Shown in pieces: positions 15,967-25,037 of a stretch of DNA of 64,000 nt. Position numbers and translations under genes: made by a program. The first letter of the stretch is position 1; each line of letters begins with the position of its first letter. The DNA comes from Escherichia phage Pollock. The notes under the pieces were generated by a model. The model was given only the letters and a program-made list of their open reading frames with translations. It was not told the DNA's origin and ran no database searches. The stretch lies in the sequence record NC_027381.1; one strand, written 5' to 3'.

Positions 15967-17409
15967 ATGGCTAAGACTCTTGAAAATGAAGAAAAGAAAG
16001 TTCACGTTGCTGACGTTGTTAAACACGGTGAGAAACTGATTCTCCCTGAAAACATGTCTATGTCTGATGCAATTGATTTGCTGAAGCGTCGTCAGAAGTA
16101 CGAAGAAGAAGAAGTAATTGTTCGTCGTACTTATAACGTATTCCCATGGGATGGTGCTCATGCACTGATGCTGGCTCTGACTGAACGTTATGGTTGGGCT
16201 GCTGCTGAAGCAACTCCGGGATTCTTTGGTTCTAACCCTCCGCAAATGCTGGATGTTCAGGTTGGTTATGGTCAAACCAAGAAAGTACCTTGGGGTCGTT
16301 TCTCTTTGCCTCAAGTAGATGGATTTGTTCAGTGCTCTGCACAGAAGAAAGATGGTCGTATTAGCTTTGAACTAGTTGGTAAAGTTCTGCGTAAAGACGA
16401 AAAGACCATCGAACTGCTATTTGATACTGTAGAAAAAACTCTGCGTACTAATTCCATTTATATGGGTCAGGCTATCAAAATTCGTTTCCGTGATAACGAT
16501 GGTGAACTGTTGGAAATGCCTGAACCAGAATTTATGGATTTACGTGGTATCAGCCGTAATTCTCTGGTTTATTCTGATGATGTTCAAAATCTGATTGAAA
16601 CTAATCTGTTTACTCCGATTGAGCGTGTAGCAGATTGCATCATCAATGAAATTCCAGTTAAACGTGGTGTACTGCTTGGTGGACCATATGGTACTGGTAA
16701 AACTATGGCTGCAACTGTTGCTGCTTCTCTGGCTACCAGCGTTGGTGTTACTTACGTATATGTACCTCGTTGTGATGAACTGTCTGATGCAATTCAGTTT
16801 GCTAAGCAGTATAGCGATAAAGCGTGTGTAATCTTCTGCGAAGATATTGACCGTGCTGTATCTGGTGAACGTAGTGTTAAGATGGATGACATCCTGAATA
16901 TTCTGGATGGTATTGATACTAAAACGTCTCGCATCATCACTGTTCTGACTACTAACCATCTGGAAAATATTAACCCAGCAATGCTGCGTCCGGGTCGTCT
17001 GGATGCAATCATTGATGTTACTCCGCCAGATGCTAAAGCAGTTGAAAAACTGGTACGTCTGTATGGTCGTGATACCATTGCTGCTGATGCAGACCTGACT
17101 CTGGTTGGTGAAGCTCTGGCAGGTACTATCCCTGCGGTAATTGCAGAAGTTGTTAAACGTGCTAAGTTGCACCAACTTCAGTATCAAGAGCCGGGTACTA
17201 TGATTAAAGAAATCAGTGGTCAAGCTCTGCTGGATTCTGCTCTGACTATTCAAGCACAGCGTAAGCTGCTGGAAGAACAGTCTAAACCAAAAGTTAAAGA
17301 ACCTACCTTTAACGAAACTATTGCTTCTGCCGTTGCTCCTGCAATTGAAGCTGCGGTAAGCAAAGTTACTAATCAGGTATCTGAACTGCACGAGCGCATC
17401 TGCGACTGA
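15967..17409 (+). CDS. AAA-family ATPase, 480 aa, codon usage suggests high expression
   Basis: Walker A GGPYGTGKT; Walker B VIFCEDIDR; second region of homology NPAMLRPGRLD typical of classic AAA proteins; strong preference for CTG, CGT and GGT codons unlike most neighbours. Confidence 0.65.
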   Translation: MAKTLENEEKKVHVADVVKHGEKLILPENMSMSDAIDLLKRRQKYEEEEVIVRRTYNVFPWDGAHALMLALTERYGWAAAEATPGFFGSNPPQMLDVQVGYGQTKKVPWGRFSLPQVDGFVQCSAQKKDGRISFELVGKVLRKDEKTIELLFDTVEKTLRTNSIYMGQAIKIRFRDNDGELLEMPEPEFMDLRGISRNSLVYSDDVQNLIETNLFTPIERVADCIINEIPVKRGVLLGGPYGTGKTMAATVAASLATSVGVTYVYVPRCDELSDAIQFAKQYSDKACVIFCEDIDRAVSGERSVKMDDILNILDGIDTKTSRIITVLTTNHLENINPAMLRPGRLDAIIDVTPPDAKAVEKLVRLYGRDTIAADADLTLVGEALAGTIPAVIAEVVKRAKLHQLQYQEPGTMIKEISGQALLDSALTIQAQRKLLEEQSKPKVKEPTFNETIASAVAPAIEAAVSKVTNQVSELHERICD

Positions 17410-17435
17410 ATCATATTCGTTAAGTGATTCTCTAA

Positions 17436-17460
17436 TAGCCCTTCAATGAGGGGCTATTTT
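17436..17460 (+). terminator. Rho-independent terminator
   Basis: tagccc-ttcaatga-ggggcta stem-loop followed by TTTT. Confidence 0.6.
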
Positions 17461-17479
17461 AGTTATCACTGGAGGAATC

Positions 17480-18160
17480 ATGAAAAATCTTTATCAGAAG
17501 ATTAATGGAAGCCAGTACAACCGAATCTTCGTTGTGGGAGATTTACATGGTTGTTTCGATGCTCTTCAAAAAGAAATGTGGGCTGTTCAATTTAATACTG
17601 AAACAGACCTTATTATATCTGTAGGTGATTTAATTGACCGTGGTACTCAAAACGTAGAGTGTTTACGTCTATTAAAAGAACCTTGGTTTAAAGCTGTTTT
17701 AGGTAATCATGAAGTAATGGCATTGAATGCCTTATCTTCTGAACTTGACAGTGAAGAATCCAACTTAGCCTATTATAACTGGTTTAGTAATGGGGGTAGT
17801 TGGATTATGGATATTACGGAAGAACAGAAACCAGAAGTATTAGAGTTATTTGGTCTGGTAGCTGAATTACCGGGAATCATCGAAATCTCTGTAGATGATA
17901 AAACTATTGTTGTTTGTCATGCAGACTACCCTTCAAATCAGTATGAATTCAATAAACCTATTGATGAAAATACCCTTATTTGGGGAAGAGGACGTATTGT
18001 TCTAAACCAAAATAAAAAAGGTACTGTTATTGAAGGTGCTGATGAATTCTATTTTGGACATACCCCAGTTAAAGAACCTACTAAATTCTATAATCAAAAC
18101 TATATTGATACAGGAGCAGTATTTCCTGTTGGTCAATTAAGTATGATTCAAATCAAATAA
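17480..18160 (+). CDS. Ser/Thr protein phosphatase (calcineurin-like metallophosphoesterase)
   Basis: Motifs GDLHG, GDLIDRG, GNHE and a later histidine motif, as in lambda-type phosphatases. Confidence 0.8.
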   Translation: MKNLYQKINGSQYNRIFVVGDLHGCFDALQKEMWAVQFNTETDLIISVGDLIDRGTQNVECLRLLKEPWFKAVLGNHEVMALNALSSELDSEESNLAYYNWFSNGGSWIMDITEEQKPEVLELFGLVAELPGIIEISVDDKTIVVCHADYPSNQYEFNKPIDENTLIWGRGRIVLNQNKKGTVIEGADEFYFGHTPVKEPTKFYNQNYIDTGAVFPVGQLSMIQIK

Positions 18161-18187
18161 CTGCCTACGGCAGTTTCTTTGGTTAAT
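18161..18187 (+). promoter_or_regulatory. Second-class hairpin motif (TAC loop plus TTTCTTTGG)
   Basis: ctgcc-TAC-ggcag followed by tttctttggttaat, upstream of ORF 18203. Confidence 0.3.
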
Positions 18188-18202
18188 TTCACATCTGTAT
18201 AG

Positions 18203-18517
18203 GTGCTCAATATGAATATTCAAAAATTTGGGGAGATTACATTTATTGGTAAATCTAATTTACCTGCAATGACTAACTTTGTTTTTGAAGTAGAAAACAA
18301 AGCAGAATCTGAAATGATTGAAAATCATCAAGTTAAAACATTGCTTATGTTAACTGCTGTACGAAATCATTTCGATAGTGTAATCAGTATGGTTCAAAAC
18401 AAGCTTGATAAAGCTTCTATAAGTGATTTTGAGGACTTTTCTGTACCAGTAGGTAAAAGTGATAAGTCTCCTAAAGAAATCGTATTAGAGAGCCTCTCAC
18501 GAATTATGAATAAGTAG
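18203..18517 (+). CDS. Hypothetical protein, 104 aa
   Basis: ORF only. Confidence 0.4.
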   Translation: MLNMNIQKFGEITFIGKSNLPAMTNFVFEVENKAESEMIENHQVKTLLMLTAVRNHFDSVISMVQNKLDKASISDFEDFSVPVGKSDKSPKEIVLESLSRIMNK

Positions 18518-18545
18518 TATTGAGCCTCTATAGTTAAGGGGGTTT

Positions 18546-18809
18546 ATGTCAGATTCTTCAAACAATACATATCGTGGAAACATGATGTGTATTAAGTTTT
18601 CCTATGACTTTAAGATAATCCTCCCTATTGAAGATGGTAAAGCCTTACTAGAATTATTGAGTAAAGCTGAACTCTTCAAAGAAGAGTATCAAAAAGAACC
18701 TCATATTGAACCAATGGATAAAGACATTGATATTAGGTTCTTAGCAAGAACTACATATGAACGTCTTAAACTTAACTTTTTAAGGTCTGATAATAATGAG
18801 CCTGACTAG
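18546..18809 (+). CDS. Hypothetical protein, 87 aa
   Basis: ORF only. Confidence 0.4.
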   Translation: MSDSSNNTYRGNMMCIKFSYDFKIILPIEDGKALLELLSKAELFKEEYQKEPHIEPMDKDIDIRFLARTTYERLKLNFLRSDNNEPD

Positions 18810-20040
18810 TTGCCAAGAGCAAGCAGCTAAACAGTTCTTATCGTTTCTTTGTACTTCAGAGAAACATATGGTTATTTCAGGTCCTCCCGGAGTAGGCAAA
18901 ACATTCATGCTTAATCACATGATTGAGATGTTGCCTAGTAGCAGGCGTATTACAACTATTATGGGAGCAGAACCTCTTCATAATATTGCTATAACAGCTA
19001 CTACTAATAAAGCTGCTGAAGTACTTCAGGAAAGATTCCCTGATAGACAAGTAACAACAATTCATTCAAAGCTAGGGCTTACAGTAAGAGATGATTACCG
19101 TACAGGTAAAACATTTACTGATAAGAGTAAAGGCTTTACACCTCTATCCGACACTCTCGTCTTAATGGACGAATCTTCAATGGCGGATACTCAATTACTG
19201 AAATTGATTGATGAAGGTACTTCTAAAAACTGTAAGATAGTTTTTATTGGAGACCATTGTCAGTTAGCTCCAGTGTCAGAAACAATGAGTCCAGTCTTCA
19301 ACTCGGGCTACATTACTTCATATCTAAATACCCAAATGCGTACTAGTAATAGTCCTGCATTAACTTTGCTGAATGAACAATTGCGTCAAACAGTAGAAAC
19401 GGGTGTCTTCAGACCAATTACTCCTGTTCCCGGTACTATCGAATTCGTTGATGACGATACGATGAGACAATTGATGAATGCTAATTTCATCTCACAGGAA
19501 ACTCCCGGTCACAAAATCCTTGCATACACAAACAATGGGGTTCAAGAATACAACACGTATATTCGAACCAAAAAGAATCTACCTCCGACATTAATAGTTG
19601 GTGATACTGTTGTATCAAACAATAGTATTGAGACTGCTGGTTCTCGAACAATTATTGAAAAAGCATACAATGTATATCATGTATCTGAAATCCAATATGA
19701 TGATGTAATTCCTTATTACTTAGTTGATATTGGAGTTGGTGGTTTAGTAAAACAACCAGTTAACTTTTCACAGCTACAAACTCATATCAGAGAAGAAGCC
19801 AGTGAAAAGAATTGGGTAGAGTATTTCCGTTTAAAGAATGAATTTGCTGACCTACGGTTTGCATATGCATCAACGGTTCATAAATCTCAAGGTTCAACCT
19901 TTGATACTGTATATATAGATTTAACTGATTTATGTATCTGTAAAGACATGAATCAATTAGCCCGTATGCTTTATGTAGCTGTAAGTCGTGCTACTACTCG
20001 TGTTGTGTTCTATGGTAATCCTCCTCATTTTATGAGGTGA
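18796..20040 (+). CDS. SF1 DNA helicase (Dda/RecD-like)
   Basis: Walker A GPPGVGKT, Walker B LVLMDESSM, C-terminal ASTVHKSQGSTFDTVYID and YVAVSRATTRV motifs typical of Dda/RecD-type helicases. Confidence 0.8.
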   Translation: MSLTSCQEQAAKQFLSFLCTSEKHMVISGPPGVGKTFMLNHMIEMLPSSRRITTIMGAEPLHNIAITATTNKAAEVLQERFPDRQVTTIHSKLGLTVRDDYRTGKTFTDKSKGFTPLSDTLVLMDESSMADTQLLKLIDEGTSKNCKIVFIGDHCQLAPVSETMSPVFNSGYITSYLNTQMRTSNSPALTLLNEQLRQTVETGVFRPITPVPGTIEFVDDDTMRQLMNANFISQETPGHKILAYTNNGVQEYNTYIRTKKNLPPTLIVGDTVVSNNSIETAGSRTIIEKAYNVYHVSEIQYDDVIPYYLVDIGVGGLVKQPVNFSQLQTHIREEASEKNWVEYFRLKNEFADLRFAYASTVHKSQGSTFDTVYIDLTDLCICKDMNQLARMLYVAVSRATTRVVFYGNPPHFMR

Positions 20041-20516
20041 TTATGTCTTCATATACAGAACCAACAAAATTACAGAAAGAGATTCTTATAGATTGGTTAT
20101 TAAACTCAATTACAGATAGTTTCTGTACTTTTGTTTATAACAGGGAAAAACAACTCTGTATTGATAATGATGCTCCTAATGGATTTATGTTTAATAACAT
20201 GGTCTTTAGGGAATCATCTAATATGGTTTTTTACTGTAAACCAGAATTAGTTGAAACAGCTAAAGAAGTGTGGAAACTCAAACAAAAAGTTAAAAGAGAT
20301 TGGTTATATCTCGAAAACTATTTTAGAAAAGTTTTTGCACGAATAACTCACTACGGTCAGTTGTATTGTTATGTTCCTTCATTCATGCATAAAAACTTAG
20401 ATAAAGTATTCTCTACTACTGTTTTAGGGGAGAAGACTATTATCGAAGGATTAATGCCTGATGAATCTATGCATAAGTTAATCTCTTTCTATGTAATGAC
20501 ACGATTGGTTATTTAA
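20037..20516 (+). CDS. Hypothetical protein, 159 aa
   Basis: ORF with start overlapping the helicase stop. Confidence 0.45.
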   Translation: MIMSSYTEPTKLQKEILIDWLLNSITDSFCTFVYNREKQLCIDNDAPNGFMFNNMVFRESSNMVFYCKPELVETAKEVWKLKQKVKRDWLYLENYFRKVFARITHYGQLYCYVPSFMHKNLDKVFSTTVLGEKTIIEGLMPDESMHKLISFYVMTRLVI

Positions 20517-20761
20517 TGGATATCGCATTTGTAGTTTCCAAATTGATTGTTACAGAGTACACGTTGCTTAGACAATGGTGGCCTGAACAATTACGTCAAT
20601 CCAGATATGTAGATAATGGAATGACTAGAACTTACTTCTTAGATACACATCCATCCCCTGAACTTCAAGAACTCATAGAAGAGTTACATAAGTTTGGGAG
20701 AGAGTATCGACTTATAGATTTAAGAGGAGTGGAAATAGATAATGCGTCATATAATCTTTGA
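20516..20761 (+). CDS. Hypothetical protein, 81 aa
   Basis: ORF only. Confidence 0.4.
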   Translation: MDIAFVVSKLIVTEYTLLRQWWPEQLRQSRYVDNGMTRTYFLDTHPSPELQELIEELHKFGREYRLIDLRGVEIDNASYNL

Positions 20762-22688
20762 ACAAAATCAAAGATATCCAATCGCCATTCTTATTAAACC
20801 TCAACAACTAAAGAAGAAAGAGATATTAGAAGCTTATATCAATCCTACTGGAATCAAGCCAAATCAATTTATTGCATTTGACCTTGAGTACAATGGGAAA
20901 AAAGCTCCTGTATCTATGCAGAAAGACTATCTTAAAGTCTTACTACCAGAGCTTTGTAATTTAAGAACAGAATATATTCTGTGCTGTGATAGTGCATATT
21001 TCAAAACCTTAACCAAGCAATCTAAAGCAGAACCTCATTGTGGTTATGTATTGCCTTGTGTCATTCCTGGTTTTGAACATCTAAATATTATTTTCTGTCC
21101 TAATTATGCTCAGATTTTCTATGACCCTTCTGTACAGGATAAAGTTAATCTGGCTCTCAAAGTTCTAGTAGATAAGGTAAATGGTCAATACCAAGAGATT
21201 GGTAAGAACATTATCCATACTGCTTACTATCCTTCTACAGTTGAAGAAATTGAAGCTTGGCTTGAATCTCTACATCAATATCCAATTCTAGCTTCAGATA
21301 TAGAGGCATTTAGTCTTAAATTCTATAAAGCAGGTGTAGGTACTATTGGATTTGCATGGGACCAACACAATGGAGGAGCATTCGCTGTTGATTATACGAA
21401 TGAACCAGACAAGGCTGAAAGAATTAGGCAGGCTCTTAAGAAGTTTTTTGAAACTTATGAAGGCAAACTGATTTGGCATAACTCAAGTTATGACTTAACA
21501 GTGCTTATTTACCAGCTTTGGATGAATGGTTTAGTAGACCAAAAAGGATTGCTTAAGGGTTTGCACATCATGTGTCGTAATTTTCACGATACTAAGATTG
21601 TGACATATCTGGCTACAAACTCTTGTGCAGGTAATGAGTTAGGGCTAAAAGCTCAAGCTCATGAATTTGCAGGAAACTATGCACAAGAAGATATTGATGA
21701 TATTACTAAAATCCCATTACCAGACCTTCTGGAGTACAACTTAATTGACTGTCTAAGTACTTGGTATGTTGCAGACAAACATGCAGATACTATGGTATTG
21801 GATGAACAATGGGAAATTTATAATACTCTGATGTTACCTTCGCTGAAGAATATTATTCAGATGCAATTAACTGGTATGCCTATTGATATGGCAGAGGTTA
21901 AGAAGGTTAAAGCAGAAATGATTAAAGAGCGAGATGGTTATCTTAGAGCCATCAAGTCATTTGCAGTAGTAGATTTGTTAGTTAACAACCTACGTAAACA
22001 ACATGTTGCTACTAGAAATGCTACGCTCAAAACCAAGCAAATTACAATGTCTGATGAGGAGACATTAGCAATAGAGTTTAATCCAAACTCTAACCCTCAA
22101 ATGCAGGAACTTTTGTATGAAATTATGGGATTACCTGTAATTGATTTAACTGATTCTAAGCAGCCTGCTACTGGTGCAGATACTCTAGAAAAGTTAATTC
22201 ATCATACAGATGATGATAGACAGAAAAAGATTCTTGAATGCCTTATTAAATATTCTAAGGTAGAAAAAATTCTTTCTGCATTTATACCTGCATTCGAAGA
22301 AGCACCTTTAGCTGAAGATGGTACTCATTATTTATTCGGAAGCTATAACTTAGGTGGTACTGTATCTGGTCGTTTGAGTTCATCAAAACCAAACATGCAA
22401 CAAATTCCTTCCTCTAAGAGTCCTTACGCCAAACCTATAAAACGATGTTTTAAAGCTGGTAAAGGTTGGCTTCTTATTGGATTAGATTTTGCATCTCTTG
22501 AAGACCGTATTTCTGCTCTAACAACCAAAGACCCTAATAAATTGAAAGTGTATATGGGGGTGAATGTTTATACGGTTACTATAGAGGGGGTTGACCATCA
22601 TATTCGAGATGACGATACAATCATTTATGATGGTAAAACTTACACTGGTGAAGAGTTCTATGATGCTTTTACCTGTGGCCTTCTATGA
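20742..22688 (+). CDS. Family A DNA polymerase, N-terminal segment (3-prime to 5-prime exonuclease domain through polymerase motif A)
   Basis: Pol I-type motifs SGRLSSSKPNMQQIP and motif A LDFASLEDR; the ORF then runs about 45 codons further to a stop; motifs B and C lie in a different frame downstream of an HNH ORF. Confidence 0.8.
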   Translation: MRHIIFEQNQRYPIAILIKPQQLKKKEILEAYINPTGIKPNQFIAFDLEYNGKKAPVSMQKDYLKVLLPELCNLRTEYILCCDSAYFKTLTKQSKAEPHCGYVLPCVIPGFEHLNIIFCPNYAQIFYDPSVQDKVNLALKVLVDKVNGQYQEIGKNIIHTAYYPSTVEEIEAWLESLHQYPILASDIEAFSLKFYKAGVGTIGFAWDQHNGGAFAVDYTNEPDKAERIRQALKKFFETYEGKLIWHNSSYDLTVLIYQLWMNGLVDQKGLLKGLHIMCRNFHDTKIVTYLATNSCAGNELGLKAQAHEFAGNYAQEDIDDITKIPLPDLLEYNLIDCLSTWYVADKHADTMVLDEQWEIYNTLMLPSLKNIIQMQLTGMPIDMAEVKKVKAEMIKERDGYLRAIKSFAVVDLLVNNLRKQHVATRNATLKTKQITMSDEETLAIEFNPNSNPQMQELLYEIMGLPVIDLTDSKQPATGADTLEKLIHHTDDDRQKKILECLIKYSKVEKILSAFIPAFEEAPLAEDGTHYLFGSYNLGGTVSGRLSSSKPNMQQIPSSKSPYAKPIKRCFKAGKGWLLIGLDFASLEDRISALTTKDPNKLKVYMGVNVYTVTIEGVDHHIRDDDTIIYDGKTYTGEEFYDAFTCGLL

Positions 22689-23205
22689 ACAACGGTATAA
22701 GATTTTTGATGAAGGTTTCATCTTAAATCTTGCAAACAATCAACTCCTAAAACCAATTCTCAATTCTAATGGATACCTTAAAGTTGGATTAGCTAATGGT
22801 GATGGTACTCATCATCAAGAGCTACTTCATATTCTGGTAGCTAAACACTTCATTCTAAATCCTTATGGCTACAAACAGGTAAACCATAAAGATGGTAATA
22901 AACTGCATTGCCATAAGGACAATCTGGAATTGTGTTCTGCTACTCAGAACGTCAAACATGCATTTAAAACAGGACTACGCCCCGGTTATATGTCTGCTGA
23001 TGATAAAGAGAAATATCTCTTTGAGGTACTAGCAGGCAAGCAAGTTAAGGACATTGCTTTTGAAATAGGCAGACGTCCTGAAACTCTGCACAAGATGCTT
23101 AGAATCACTGCTGACCGACTTGGTATCCGAAATGAATGGGACGATGTTATGAGGAGAAATAGAAAAGATGTTGCTTTACGACAGCTTGCCAAAATCAACT
23201 CATGA
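22591..23205 (+). CDS. HNH homing endonuclease inserted in the DNA polymerase gene (true start probably downstream of 22591)
   Basis: HNH_3-type core NGYLKVGLANGDGTHHQELLHILVAKHF...VNHKDGNKLHCHKDNLE...NVKH; paralogous to the intron-encoded HNH at 11898. Confidence 0.7.
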   Translation: MTIIFEMTIQSFMMVKLTLVKSSMMLLPVAFYEQRYKIFDEGFILNLANNQLLKPILNSNGYLKVGLANGDGTHHQELLHILVAKHFILNPYGYKQVNHKDGNKLHCHKDNLELCSATQNVKHAFKTGLRPGYMSADDKEKYLFEVLAGKQVKDIAFEIGRRPETLHKMLRITADRLGIRNEWDDVMRRNRKDVALRQLAKINS

Positions 23206-24028
23206 CTTCACTGGCAAGAAAATTGACAACGTAGTCAAGGCTGGTAATTCGTCAGGGTATGATGGTCATAGTTTGAGGGCATTTGCTTACTTTGGCGACC
23301 AGATGCCTGATATTGTAGATACTGTGGAAAGTATCAATAGTATTCAGGAATTATATAAGGACTTTAGACAAGACTCTAAAGCTCCTACTTTTGCATTAAC
23401 TTATCAAGGTACTTATCACACATTAATGGCTAACTGTGGTTTCCCAGAGGATAAAGCCAAAATGGTTGAGAAGAGGTATCACGAACTCTACTTCGTATCT
23501 GACCAATGGGTAAACGCTAAATTAACTCAAGCCAGTAAAGATGGATATATCACTGCTGCATTTGGATTAAGAATCCGTACTCCATTACTTAAAAATGTTG
23601 TCTGGGGAATTAAACAAACTCCTTATGAAGCTAAAGCTGAAGGCAGAACTGCTGGAAATGCTTTAGGTCAATCATGGTGTTTATTAAATAACAGGGCAGC
23701 AAATGAATTTATGGAACGAGTATGGAATTCTCCATACGCATATGTAATTAAACCATGTGCTCAAATCCATGATGCTCAATATTATCTGGTTCCAGATAAC
23801 ATCGACATTGTTCATTGGGTTAATGAAAATTTAGTCGAATGTATTGAGTGGCAAAACCATCCTGATATTTATCACGATAAAGTGAAATTAGGAGGGGAAT
23901 TAAGCGTCTTTTATCCATCATGGGCTAATGATATTTCATTGAAAAATGGAGCCTCTAAAGAGGAAATCTTAAGCACATGTGAAATTGGATTAGATAAGTA
24001 TCTTTACCCGGAGAAATATAAAAAATGA
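23168..24028 (+). CDS. Family A DNA polymerase, C-terminal segment (motifs B and C)
   Basis: DGHSLRAFAYFG (Pol I DIHRATAAEVFG), motif B RQDSKAPTFALTYQG (Pol I RRSAKAINFGLIYG), motif C CAQIHDAQ (Pol I VHDE); GAGGAG lies about 10 nt upstream of ATG 23168. Confidence 0.8.
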   Translation: MLLYDSLPKSTHDFTGKKIDNVVKAGNSSGYDGHSLRAFAYFGDQMPDIVDTVESINSIQELYKDFRQDSKAPTFALTYQGTYHTLMANCGFPEDKAKMVEKRYHELYFVSDQWVNAKLTQASKDGYITAAFGLRIRTPLLKNVVWGIKQTPYEAKAEGRTAGNALGQSWCLLNNRAANEFMERVWNSPYAYVIKPCAQIHDAQYYLVPDNIDIVHWVNENLVECIEWQNHPDIYHDKVKLGGELSVFYPSWANDISLKNGASKEEILSTCEIGLDKYLYPEKYKK

Positions 24029-24402
24029 ATATCTTACAGTCACCTATTGATAATGCTCCTGCAATTTTACAGGAAGCAAGTCGTTGTATTGCTGCCAGAG
24101 CACATGAACGAGATAAAGAATCTGAACGTTCAATGTCTCGTTGTGTAGCGGCTTTTAATGCCATGTATGATTTAAATTTAACAGAAGAACAAGGTTGGAT
24201 GTTCATGGTTTTTTTGAAAGCTGCTAGAGCATCAGGAGGTGCATTTAAACTTGATGATTATGTTGATGGTTCTGCTTACTTTGCATTAGCTGGTGAAGCT
24301 GCTATCCCACATCCTCAAATGAAATTATCTCTATCTACCTCAGAATTAGTTAAAAAACATATGGAACATTTTGGTATTCCAGCAAGTAAGGAACAAATTT
24401 AA
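24025..24402 (+). CDS. Hypothetical protein, 125 aa
   Basis: ORF only. Confidence 0.45.
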   Translation: MNILQSPIDNAPAILQEASRCIAARAHERDKESERSMSRCVAAFNAMYDLNLTEEQGWMFMVFLKAARASGGAFKLDDYVDGSAYFALAGEAAIPHPQMKLSLSTSELVKKHMEHFGIPASKEQI

Positions 24403-25034
24403 TGCAAGTTAAATTAATTACTGTAACTCCTGATGCAGAAAAAATCATTGGTTATATTGCTCGTGTATCCAATCCAGATAACCAAGATAATCCATCTGTA
24501 GCTGGTTTACTTCGTTACTGTATTAAACATGCTCATTGGAGTGTGTTTGAACAAGCAGACATGACTCTTGAGATTGAAACTACTCGTGCTATTTCTGCAC
24601 AAATTATTCGTCATCGTAGTTTTACTTTCCAAGAATTTAGTCAGCGATATGCAGAAGTTAAACAAATTCCTGCTGTTTTTGATTTACGTTCTCAGGATGA
24701 AAAGAATCGTCAAAATTCTATCGACAATATTCCTGCCGATTTAAAAGCTGACCTTCAAACCAAGATTCAAACTCACATTGTAGAAACTCAACGTTTGTAT
24801 GAAGAGTTATTGGCTCAAGGTGTAGCTAAAGAATGTGCTCGTATGATTCTGCCAATGTGTACTCCAACTAAGATTTACATGAAAGGTAATATTCGTAGCT
24901 GGATTACATATATTCAATTACGTAGTGCAAATGGTACTCAGAAAGAACATATGGAAATTGCTTTAGCTGCTAAAGAAATTTTCAAAACACAATTCCCAAT
25001 TATCTCTGAAGCCCTAGGATGGGATAAGGATTAA
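24402..25034 (+). CDS. thyX: Flavin-dependent thymidylate synthase ThyX
   Basis: ThyX signature RHR-x7-S motif (IRHRSFTFQEFSQRY); length about 210 aa. Confidence 0.85.
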   Translation: MQVKLITVTPDAEKIIGYIARVSNPDNQDNPSVAGLLRYCIKHAHWSVFEQADMTLEIETTRAISAQIIRHRSFTFQEFSQRYAEVKQIPAVFDLRSQDEKNRQNSIDNIPADLKADLQTKIQTHIVETQRLYEELLAQGVAKECARMILPMCTPTKIYMKGNIRSWITYIQLRSANGTQKEHMEIALAAKEIFKTQFPIISEALGWDKD

Positions 25035-25037
25035 TTT

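Noticed and set aside
16540-17391. 283-aa minus-strand ORF antisense to the AAA ATPase gene
   Set aside because: Low-complexity translation (Asn/Phe/Ile/Gln-rich) with no motifs, fully inside a well-supported plus-strand gene whose strong codon bias leaves the antisense frame open by chance.
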